Shown in pieces: positions 35,336-46,636 of a stretch of 64,000 nt of DNA. The position numbers and the translations under genes were made by a program. The notes beneath the pieces were generated by a model. It did no database searches, was not told the origin of the DNA, and was given only the letters and a program-made list of their open reading frames with translations. Source of the DNA: Leucoraja ocellata (taxonomy: Eukaryota); assembly GCA_036785375.1 (NCBI GenBank), contig JAWMAR010001278.1, positions 124,001 to 188,000 on the forward strand. Reading direction: 5' to 3'. Every line of letters begins with the position of its first letter. The stretch's first letter is position 1.

Positions 35336-37716
35336 CTTGACCTCGGCGATGGATGAAAAACCTTCTCGCCTTGTGGGCGGCATCGTCCGGGAACCTCCCC
35401 GACGCTCAACAAATGTCTCCAGGATGTCCCGACACAGAGACCAACCCAGACCCCGACACAGGCATTGGACACACAGAGTGCTGGAGTAACTCAGCGGGAC
35501 AGGCAGCATCTCTGGAGCACACGGATAGGGAGAGGGATGAGGGAGGGAGAGAGGAGGATGGGAGAGGGGGAAGGAAGGGAGTGAGAGAGGGGGGAGGGAA
35601 GGGAGGGGGAGGAAGGAAGGAATGAAGGAGGGAGGGACCGAGGAAAGGGGGGGGGGCGAGTCGGGGGAGGGGGGTGGTGAGAGGGAGGGAGGGGGAAGGG
35701 GAAGGGAGGATGGGAGAGGGGGGGGGAGGGAGGGGCGATGGAGGAGGGGAGCATCGGGTTATTAAACAGACAATTGTACCTGGGAATAGTCAGGATGTGT
35801 TGGAGAGAGTGGACGTGTTTGGCTTTAGTGAGGAAGAAGCTAATTGTGTTCAGATAAGCTCACGGCTCCCGTCTTTATCAGCATTGTCTCTCTCTCTCTC
35901 TCTTCCTCCCTTCCATTTGCTTAAACAGAGACTATGGTTTTCAAGAAGGAACTGCAGATGCTGGAAGATCGAAGGTACACAAAATTGCTGGAGAAACTCA
36001 GCGGGTGCAGCAGCATCTATGGAGCGAAGGAAATAGGCGACGTTTCGGGCCGAAACCCTTCTGGAGAACACGGATAGGGAGAGGGATGGGGGTGGGAGGA
36101 AGGGGAGAGGGACCGGGGAAAGGAGGGGAGGTGAGAGGATGGGAGGGAGAGGATGGAGGGGGAGGGAAGCAGGGAGAGAAACAAGGAGGGAAAGAGGGAG
36201 AAACATAGAAAATAGACGCAGGAGGAGGCCATTCGGCCCTTTGAGCCAGCATCGCCATTCATTGTGATCATGGCTGATCGTCCCCAATCAATAACCCGTG
36301 CCTGCCTTCTCCCTACATCACTTGATTCCATTAGCCCCTAGAGCTCTATCTAACTCTCTCTTAAATCCATCCAGTGACTTGGCCTCCACTGTCTTCTGCT
36401 TCTGGACTCGCCCAACATTGGGAACATTTTTCCTGCATCTAGCTTGTCCAGTCCTTTTATAATTCTATATGTTGAGGGATGAGAAGATATCGAACCTGGG
36501 TCTTCAGTGCAGCATTCGCTGTAAGGCAGCAGCTCTACCGCTGTGCCACCGTGCCTCCCGATGGGAGAGGGGAGAAGAGGGAATGGCTGCGGTGTGAGTG
36601 GCCCTTGATTATGTTGGTAGTTTTCCCGAGGCAGCGTGAAGTGTAGATGGAGTTGCAAGTTCACAAGTTATCGGAGTAGAATTAGGCCATTCGGCCCATC
36701 GAGCCTATTCCCCCATTCAATCATGCCTGATCTCAGCCTCCCAATCCCATTTTCCTGCCTTCTCCCCATAACCCTTGACATCCGTTCTAATCAGGAATTT
36801 GTCTATATCTGCCTTAAAAATATCCATTGACTTGCCCTCTGTGGCAAATAATTCAATTTTCTCCACAACTGACTAATGAAATTGCTCCTTACCTCCTTTC
36901 TAAAAGAGCGCCCTTTAGTTCTGAGGTTATCTCTGGTCCTAGACTCTCTCACCAATGGAAACATCCTTCCCACATCCACTCTATGCAGGCCTTTCACTAT
37001 TCTGTACGTTTAAATGAGGTCCCCCCTCAACCTTCTAAACACCAGCGAGTACAGGCCCAGTGCCGTCAATCGCTCATCAGACGCTAACCCACTAAGTCCT
37101 GGAATCATTCTTGTAAACCTACTCTGGACCCTCTCAAGAACCAGCACATCCTTCCTCAGATATGGGGCGATAGGCGAGGGGCGAGGTTGGTTTGTGTGAC
37201 AGGGACCGGGCTACGTCCACAACTCTCTGTGTATTTTTTTACGGTCTTGGGCTGAGCTGTTCCCAAACCAAGCTGTGATGCATCCCGATAGGAAGTATAC
37301 AGTAGTTCAGTAGAGTCATTGGGAAAATAACAAATGTTTACGAGGATGTTGCCAGGACTCGAGGGTCTGAGCTACGGGGAAAGGTTAAGTAGTCTGGGAC
37401 TCTATTCCTTGGAGCACAGGAGGATGAGGGCTGATCTTATAGAGGTGTACAAAATCGAGAGGAATAGATCTGGTAAACGCACAGAATCTCTTGCCCAGAA
37501 TAGGGGAATCGAGGGCCAGGGGACATAGTTTGGTCTCCTAACTTGCAGTTTGATCTCCTAATTTGAGGGACATTCTTGCTATTGAGGGAGTGCAGTGTAG
37601 GCAGAAACCTCCCCTCGGAGGAGGAGGAGGCGACATCGTGGACCCGGCGACAGAGGCAGAGGAAGAAAACGGGAGAGGAGATCGGAAAGGGAAAGGACTC
37701 GCTTGTTGTCCTGCAG

Positions 37717-37979
37717 GACCGGGAACAGTGCAGCGGCCAATGGGCTCCATCTCCGGGAGACCGGGAACAGTGCAGCGGCCAATGGGCCCCAGCTCCGGGA
37801 GACCGGGAGCAGTGCAGCGGCCAATGGGCTCCAGCTCCGGGAGACCGGGAACAGTGCAGCGGCCAATGGGCCCCAGCTCCGGGAGACCGGGAACAGTGCA
37901 GCAGCCAATGGGCTCCAGCTCCGGGAGACCGGGAACAGTGCAGCGGCCAATGGGCTCCATCTCCGGGAGACCGGGAACA
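37717..37979 (+). repeat. 42-bp minisatellite, 6.3 copies
   Basis: Unit GACCGGGAACAGTGCAGCGGCCAATGGGCTCCAGCTCCGGGA. Confidence 0.95.
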
Positions 37980-38667
37980 CTGAATCAGCCACCGTACGCC
38001 AGCTACAGGAGACGGAGGGGGCGCTGCGCCCAGAAGTGCGTGGAACAAGGAGGGTCCCTCCAACAACTTCAGCTACACCAGAGGAGACCCCCCTCCTTGA
38101 GGATGCCAGCACCCAGTACCTGAGCCCAGAAACGGCCCTGCAATTCACCAAAGCGGTGGGCATGAGAGGACAAGATCATGGTCAGTGACAATTTAAGGGC
38201 AATGGAGCTAAAACTGGCCTCGCTAAACGTGCGCAGTGTGAAGAACACTGAGCGATGTGTAAACGCCTCACAGTATCTGGGCCACACGGACTGTCGGTAC
38301 GGTCGGAGGGGGCAATGATTTCCGCGCTTCCGGTCCGGGGATCTTGCTGCGGGGAGGGAGATTCACCATCACTGAGGTCATGGAGGTGGTTGGAGGGGGG
38401 GGGGGGAGGGGGCTTCTCCTGGTGGTGGATGTAATGTACCGTGGCTCTCCGCTCCCGCTGACTAATGTGTATCGGAAGGCAGGCAGAGGGATGTGGAAGT
38501 TAAATGTGAAGCTGTTAACCCCAGAGTACATTGAGGAGCTAAAGAGGGACTATGCATGTTGGAGAACGGTGAGGCCCCTCTTTGACTCCCCGACACACTG
38601 GTGGGAAGCAACCCAGGAAAACATCAAGAGGTTCTTCATATTTAAAGGGGTTCAGAGAGCAAGACAG

Positions 38668-39617
38668 TGCTGAGTCCCATCTTATACACAATATACACCT
38701 ATGACTGCACACCAACACACAGCACAAACCGGATCATCAAGTTTGCGGATGACACGACTGTGGTGGGGCTGATAAATAACAACGACGAGTCTGCCTACAG
38801 AGATGAAGTCCAAAAACTGACTGTCTGGTGCACTAAAAATAACCTGGTACTCAACCCAACCAAAACAAAAGAACTGGTTGTTGACTTCAGGAGGAGGAGA
38901 GTGGAACCTGCTCCTCTCTACATCAAAGGAGACATGGTGGTGAGAGTCACTGACTTTACGTTTCTGGGAATATACATCTCCCAGGACCTCAAATGGCAAA
39001 TGAACACCGTCACTCTGGTGAAGAAGTCACAGCAGCGGCTGTATTTCCTGAGGTCTCTGCGGGGAGCAAACGTTTCACAGCCGCTGGTGCTGTCCTTCTA
39101 CCGGTGGGCAGTGGAAAGTATCCTCTCCTATGGCATCCTGGTGTGGTTTGCTAGCTGCACTGTGGCTGAGAGGAGGGCGCTGCAGAGAGTTATAAAAACT
39201 GCACAGAGCATCACAAACGCTCAACTACCCTCCCTGGATGACATATACAGGGCCCGATGCTTGCGCCAGGCCACAAACATCAAACAGGACACATCACACC
39301 CTGCTAATCACCTTTTCACTCTGCTACCCTCTGGGAGGCGATACAGGTCTCTGTAGACTAAAAAATAGTATCTACCCATGTGTGATAAAAGAACTTAACT
39401 CTAACAGAGAACACTGGGGGAAGCACAATATAATTCGTGGTGCAAGATAATGCGAAATAACCTTTAAAATATTTTTAATACCTATTTATTATTTATTTAC
39501 TGATTTGTGTATATGTGAGTCAATGGCTGTTGTGTTTTGTTCTTTTTAAACTGAAGGAGATGCAATGGATTTTGTTGCACAGTATTGTGTAATGACAATA
39601 AATGCATTCTATATTCT
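38668..39617 (+). mobile_element. Rex1/Babar-type LINE 3' fragment nested in Tx1
   Basis: Open 229-aa frame LSPILYTIYTYDC...IIKFADDTTVVGLI...QRLYFLR...LPSGRRYRS, AATAAA tail, TSD AGACAG at 38662-38667 and 39618-39623. Confidence 0.82.
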
Positions 39618-41458
39618 AGACAGAGGGAATTGTGTCAACTCCAGACAGATTTGTAGCAACTGCTCCTTCTGCAGTCGAGAGGGGGGGATGTGAGGGAGGA
39701 ACTTAGAGAGTAGAAGGTCCGGCAAACTCGGCTCTTTACCTGCGAATCCTCCAAGATCATCTACTGATCCATGTGGAGCAGGATGAGACGTGCTCACGTT
39801 TCTTCTTCCGTAAGGTTCACAGGGGGAGCTCTGTGATCAACAGCCTTAGGGAGGAGGACGGCTCGGTAACATCCTCACAGACGGACATGCTGAGGGTCCG
39901 CACATCCTTTTATACGGATTTGTGCTACAGAAAGGCCACAGACAGCACTGCCTCCCAGAACTTCCTGTCCTCCATCACGGAGGTCTTGGAGGACAGTAAG
40001 CGGGAGAGTCTGGAACAACCACTGACCCTAGAGGAGCTGACTGGATCCATCCGTTCCATTGACTCGAATTAAAACTCCCAGAAGCAATGGCTTACCGGCC
40101 GAGTTGTATTGGGCTCTGTGGGACTGGTGGGCCCGGACCTGCTGGAAGTGTACAACCACATGCTTCTAGCCGGCAGCATGTCAGACTCTATGAGGAAGGG
40201 CAGCATCACCCTAATCTACAGCAGAAGGAGGAGATGAATGATATAAGGAATTGGAGACCCATCACATTATTGAATGTTGATTACAAGATCCTGTCTAAGG
40301 CCATCGCCAACCGGGTCAAGACTGCCCTGGGATGGGTGATCCACCCGGACCAAACCTGTGCTGTACCTGGCAGGAAAATCTCAGACAGCCTGGCGCTGCT
40401 GAGGGATACCATCGCCTACATGCAGGAAAGACGGGTGGATGCTTGCCTAGTCAGCTTGGACCAGGAGAAGGCCTTCGACAGGACATCGCACATGCACATG
40501 AGGGACGTGCTCTCCAAAATGGGCTTTGGGAAGAGATTCAGGAATTGGATACAACTGCAGTACACCGATATCTGTAGTGTAGTCCAAATCAATGGGTGGG
40601 AATCAGACAGTTTCCCCGTCAGGTCTGGAGTCAGGCAAGGTTGCCCTCTCTCTCCTGTCTTGTTTACCTGTTGTATTGAACCTTTTGCCGAGTCCATCAG
40701 GAAGGATGCGAGCATAAGAGGAGTGACATTGCCAGGCAGTGGGGGCACTCGGGTCAAAACCTCCCCATACATGGACGATGTCGCCGTCTTCTGCTCGGAT
40801 CCAGGGTCGGTCCGCAGATTGATCAGCATCTGCGACCAGTTTGAGTCGGGCACGGGAGCCAGGGTGAACCGCAGGAAGAGCGAGGCCTTGCTCTTTGGCA
40901 ACTGGCCCGACCGATCTTCCGTCCCCTTCACCATCAAGCCTGAAGGTGCTGGGGATCTGGTTCAAGGGGGCTGAGGCATGTGACAAGATTATGCTGGAGT
41001 GATAGCCAAGGTTGGGAAGAAACTGGAGTTGTGGAAACAACGCTCACTCTCTATAATGGGTAAGAACTTGGTCATCAGGTGTGAGGTGCTCTCGGGGCTG
41101 CTGTACTTGCCGCAAGTGTAGCCTGTCCCTCCCTCCTATGCCACGCGGGCCGTCTTCCAGTTCATCTGGGGGTTGAGGATTGACCGGGTGAAACGGGTCA
41201 CAATACACAAGTCGGCAGACAAAGGGGGTAAAAGCGTGCCCAACGTCGCCCTCACCCTGATGGCCACCTTCGTGTGTGGCTGCATCAGGTGGAGCGTAGA
41301 GCCAAGGCACGTGGGCACCAGGTTTCACAACCTGTTGAGGTTCTACCTGTCCCCGGTGTTGCGAAGGATGGGCCTGGGGCAGATGCCATGAAATATGCCA
41401 GTCAGCTGGACATTGTGCACCATCTGTCGTTTGTGGAAAGGTTCTTCCAGACCAACAC

Positions 41459-42697
41459 TTTTTTAAAATATATTTATTTGAAGTAAGTACAGTAATGTGG
41501 CATCTTAAGGTGCCAAATATATATTCGCATGTTAAATTTTATGTACAGCTTCATTTTGTTTTTAATAATAAAAGAGAAAGAGAGAGTAGATAATAGGAAA
41601 TAGAAAAACATGTGATGTATGGTGTGTGAAAAAGAAAAAGGAAAAGAGAGAAAGTGAGGAGGAAAAAAAAAAGATAAATAAATAAATAAAATTTAAAAAA
41701 AGAGAGAGAAAGAGTAGGAAGTAGGAAGTAGGAGATAGGTATTTATATTCTTTACCATCCTTCACCCAGTCCTGAAACTATTGGTTTTTACGATTTTGTT
41801 GCACCATATGCTTCCAAGAAGTCGACAAATGGAGACCAACTCGTTATGAATTGGTCTGGTTTATCTGTTAGGAGGAATCGCATTTCTTCAAGATGTGCTG
41901 TGTCCAACATGTTTATAATCCACATTTTTAGCGTTGGTATGGGTGTATTTTTCCAAAATTTAAGTATAGGTTTTTTTGCTATTATTAACCCATAATTAAA
42001 AAATGAGTTTTGAAATGTGTTCAATTTATTCCAGTCTCCCGTTACTACAAGTATAATCATTTCAGTGTTAGGCTCCATATTTATCTTGAATACTTTTGTA
42101 AATATATCAAAAATATCGCTCCAGAATTTATGGAGATTTATGCAGGAAACAAAAGAATGTGTTGTAGTGGCATTTTGAGATAAACATTTGTAACAAATAG
42201 GAGAAGTATTTGGATAAAATGTATTCAGTCTAGTTTTTGAATAATATAATCTATGTAAAATTTTGAATTGAATTAACTTATGACTTACATTCATCGAAAA
42301 TTCATGTGTATATATATCAAATACTGTTTTTTTCGTGATTTTTATCAATAATTCTCGTTCTCAATCTTCTCTCTGTCGATGGTAGTTCTATACTTAAAAT
42401 ACAATTATATAAATATGATATTAATTTCTGTGAGTCAGCCTTAATATTCATTGCTTCTTCCAGTGGGTCTAAAATTATAGTTTGATGTCTTTGTATATAT
42501 TTCTTCATGAAATCGCAGATCTGAAGATATTTAAAATATTGGCTATTTTTCAACAAATTTTAATTGTAATTGTTAGAATGATAACAGAGTTCCCATTTCA
42601 TACATATCGCTGATCCTTTTAATTCCCATTCTTTCCCATTGGTTATGTTTTATTGATAAGAGATGGTTTAAATGAAGGATTATTCACTATTGCCGTT
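41459..42697 (-). mobile_element. 5'-truncated L1-clade LINE, right arm only
   Basis: IQFKILHRLYYSKTRL C-terminus as in the 26 kb copy. TSD GACCAACAC at 41450-41458 and 42698-42706. Confidence 0.9.
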
Positions 42698-43749
42698 GAC
42701 CAACACCTTTGACCACAAGTCCATCGGGCAGTGGTCAGCACAGAACGACCTGCAGGCACTGCAGCGAAATGACTCCATGGATCTTGTGGCGTGGTTCCCA
42801 GAGCAGACTGCCCAGCTTGTCTGGCGAAATGCTTCATCGCCAGTACTCACCAACAAGCACCAAGACCTGGCTTGGCTGGCGGTGAGGGGAGCCCTCCCAG
42901 TCAGATCCTTCCTGCACCGTCGGAACCTCACTACCAGCGCACGCTGCCCTTGGGACGGCTGCTATGGAGAGGAGACAGTTGCCCACCTCGTTGCAGAGTG
43001 TGGATTTGCAAAGAGAGTCTGGAGAGGTTTGCAAGGGTCCCTGTCACGATTTATTCTGAACAGCTCTGTCACAGAGGACTCTGTGATTTACGGACTGTTC
43101 CCAGGGACACATTCAGAGACTGACATCGAGTGCTGCTGGAAGGTCATCAACTCGGTGAAAGACGCCCTTTGGTCTGCCTGAGCTTTGTTGACCACCCAGC
43201 GGAGCGGGATGTCTGTCGGAGAATGTTGCCGACTGGCCCGCTGCAGACTGCAGGGGTACGTGCTGAAGGGACACACTGAAGCTTGGTGTAGCCAACACCA
43301 AGGCTCGGTTGGGGGGGGGGTCCCTCTACGCAGGGATTCTCCCCCTGTACATCGGGGACCTGGGGTGCAGGGTATTGCACCGGAGTCCCCTGCAACCTGT
43401 TTCTCTCGCGGTTCACAGACTCACCAGCCGCCTGCCACTTTTGTGGGCTGGAAGAATCTGTGAACCACGTGTGTGTGTGTGAGGCTGCATCCCCTGTTCC
43501 AATATCTAAAGCTGCTGCTACTTGCCTTCTGGCTGCATTTCTCACCCACCATCCTCATCTTTGGACAACCTGTGCATGGGGGAGAGGGTAGAGCTGAAGA
43601 TGTCCTGGTTGGGTTGCTCCTGGGCCTGGCCAAGCTGGCCATCCTCGAGTCACTGGGTCAGGCAGAAGAGGGCTCTGCCTGAGCCAGCTGCCTGTTCCTT
43701 TTCCGGGGTTATGTCCTTGCCCCGGTGGTGTTAGAGAGGGACTACGCAC

Positions 43750-44147
43750 CAAAGATCCTATAGCGGAGCAAGATAGACCACTCCTGCTAAATACAATGGG
43801 CTGAAGTGTAGTACGCAACGGAACGGAACGTGGGCCTTTTTTTCATCCATTTCCGTAACCGGACCCGACCCGACTCGCAGTGTAATCAACGCTGCGGGGG
43901 ATCAGTTTGTGTTAATACATTAAAATTCTGAAAATGCGAAGAAGATTTTTACCAACTAACTTTTATTTTTACGAGGATGTTTCCGTAACCGGCTACCGTC
44001 TCCGCACTATTATCCTATGGGATCTGTGGTGCGGCGGAGACGGAAGCCGGTTACGGAAATGGGGCCTTAAATTACCCATGAATATGCCCATGATCGTACT
44101 ATGCCTTTTTGGTCGAGTGGACGATCTTGCTCGCTGTAGGATCTTTG
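43750..44147. mobile_element. hAT-type MITE (right-arm copy)
   Basis: Same TIRs; TSD CTAC(G/A)CAC at 43742-43749 and 44148-44155. Confidence 0.82.
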
Positions 44148-46636
44148 CTACACACTGTCCACGGGCAACCTGGGGGATTTGCCGCACCGTTGGGCACGGC
44201 GGGGGATGGAATGCATCCTTGACAAGGATTGTAACATAGTTGTATAGTCGTTTATTTAGTATATTTGTTGGTCTTGCATTATGGGGGTGGGATCTGGTTT
44301 GTTTCATTGTATTGTAAATATTATTTTTAATAATTAATTATATTTTTTGATATAAAAAAAATTCTCAGTGATGGAGGACCACAGTCTAGGTTCCTTCCGC
44401 TGCTGGACATGGGGGGCAGGGTGTGGTGGAGACGCCCCTCAAAAATATGGGAAGGGATTCCATGCCAGTGGGCCACATGAGTGGCAAGGGTGGGGGATAA
44501 ATTTGTGTAATTTGTGTAAACATTATTGAAAGTATGTATAGCCTCCAAGAATGTTGGATGGAGTCTTGTAACGACCAACTATTGGATAGATTTATTTTTC
44601 AAATAAAGTATATTTTGAAATTTAAAAAATTGAATCTTTCGAAAGGACACCATCGCGACTTTTACAAGATATTCAGATGGGAATGTAATCGTAAAGCTTT
44701 AGTTTAGTTTAGAGACATAGCGAGGACACAGAACATACGTGCAGGAGTAGGCCATTTGGCCATTCGTGCCAGCACCGCCACTCAATATGATCATGGCTGA
44801 CCATCCAAAATCAGTACCCCGTTCCTGCTTTCTCCCCATATCCCTTAATTCCGTTAGCCCAAAGAGCTAAATCTAACTCTTGAAAGCTTCAGGTGAATTG
44901 GCCTCCACTGCCTTCTGTGGCAGAGAATTCCCAGATTCACAACTCTCTGGGTGAAAACGATTTGCCTCATCTAGGTCCTAAATGGCCGACCCCATATTCT
45001 TAAACTGTGACCCCTGGTTCTGGACTCCCCCCAATATCGGGAACATTTTCCCTGCATCCCTGTCCAATCCCTTAAGGATGTATATGTTTCTATAAGGTGT
45101 CCTCTCATCCTTCTAAATTCCAGTGATTACAACCCCAGTCGATCCATTCTTTCAACATATGTCAGTCCCGCCATCACGGGAATTAACCTGGTGAACCTAC
45201 GCTGCACTCCCTCAATAGCAAGAATGTCCTTCCTCAAATTAGGAGACAAAAATCAAATAAAAGAGATGTGTAAAACATAATTCTGAGACATGTGACTGTA
45301 ATGGTTCAGCATTTTAATCTCTTTGTTTACAAATGCAACAAATCCAAATCCTCTGCAGAAAACATGTAATGATATAAAAATAGTATCAGGATTAATCTTG
45401 CACCTGCTCCACTATTAGATGACCATGACTGATTAGTTTTAGTTTAGTGTCGTTTAGAGACACAGCGCGGAAACAGGACCTTCGGCCCATCTAGTCAGCG
45501 CCGACCAGTGATCCCCGCACACTACACACACCCAGTCAAGTCAAGTCAAGTCAAGTCACTTTTATCTCTATAGCACATTTAAAAAACATCTCTCGTTGAC
45601 CAAAGTGCTTTACATTGGTGGAGGTACTAACGTTATACAACAATGGTTCATAGATTAAGTACATACATAAATACATACATATAGCCCTCCCTCAGAGGAT
45701 GACAAGAAAGGCTTGAGAGTAAAGATGAGTTTTAAGTCTCGACTCAAAAGAGTCGATGGAGGGGGCAGTTCTGATGGGAAGAGGGATGCTGTTCCACAGT
45801 CACGGAGCTGCAACCGCAAAGGCACGGTGGCCCCTGAGCTTATGCCTAGACCACAGGATGTTCAGTAACCCCAAGTCTGCCGATCTGTGGGACCTGGAGG
45901 TGGTGTGGTGGGTAAGCAGGGACAATGTACATTTACAGCAAGCCAATTAACCTACAAACCAGCCCATCTGTGGGGTGTGGGAGGAAACCGAAGATCCTGG
46001 AGAAAACCCACGCAGTTCACGGGGAGAACGTACAAACTCCGTACAGACAGCACCTGTAGTCGGGATCGAACCCGGGACTCTGGCGCTGTGAGGCAGCAAC
46101 TCTACCGCTGCGCCACCGTGCCGCCCTTTGCAGATTTCCAGCATCTGCATTTCATTATTATTTTTACTCACCAATGCCACACAGAGAGCTGCTTGCTATG
46201 AAACTTGTTATAGAACATGGTGCTACAAGAGCAAGAGCTTCAGAATAGCATTAGCAACAATCCCACAGGATTCTCAAAATCTAAAGGTCTTCATTTAATA
46301 GCTACGAGTGGATTTTGTAACTGCAGGTAAAGACTGTGTTTAACAGACTATCATTTGATAGAAGCAATTATTCTCAATGTTAATAGTTACCCGCGGAACA
46401 GTCTGTTCTAAAGAAATAAAGGCTTTTTTAAAGAGATACAGCGGGGAAACAGGCCCTTCAGCCCACCGAGTCCGCACCGACCATCGGTCATCCATTCACA
46501 CACTAGTTCTATGTTATCCAACTATTTCATCTACAGAGGGTTAATTAATCTATGAAACCCAAGGTAGTTAAGGCTGGTGCAGCGCTCTCTCCCCATCGCC
46601 TCTCCCTCCTCACCACCCTTCCCTCCATCCTCCCAC

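Larger units (their letters stand above)
37600..44610 (+). mobile_element. Degenerate Tx1-like LINE(s): ORF1 tail, APE start (MELKLASLNVRS at 38202), RT and C-terminal zinc knuckle, with nested inserts
   Basis: NWRPITLLNVDYKILSKAIANR, SLDQEKAFDR, GVRQGCPLSP, YMDD and CPWDGCYGEETVAHL motifs; frameshifts; a second Tx1-type 3' end follows ~43320. Confidence 0.82.

Noticed and set aside
37717-37979. Regular repeats resembling a CRISPR array (also 2922-3086 and 61080-61830)
   Set aside because: Head-to-tail units with no unique spacers, in eukaryotic DNA with no cas genes.
40087-40974. 295-aa RT ORF as an active or domesticated gene
   Set aside because: It is a fragment of a frameshifted, multiply interrupted Tx1-like ORF2.
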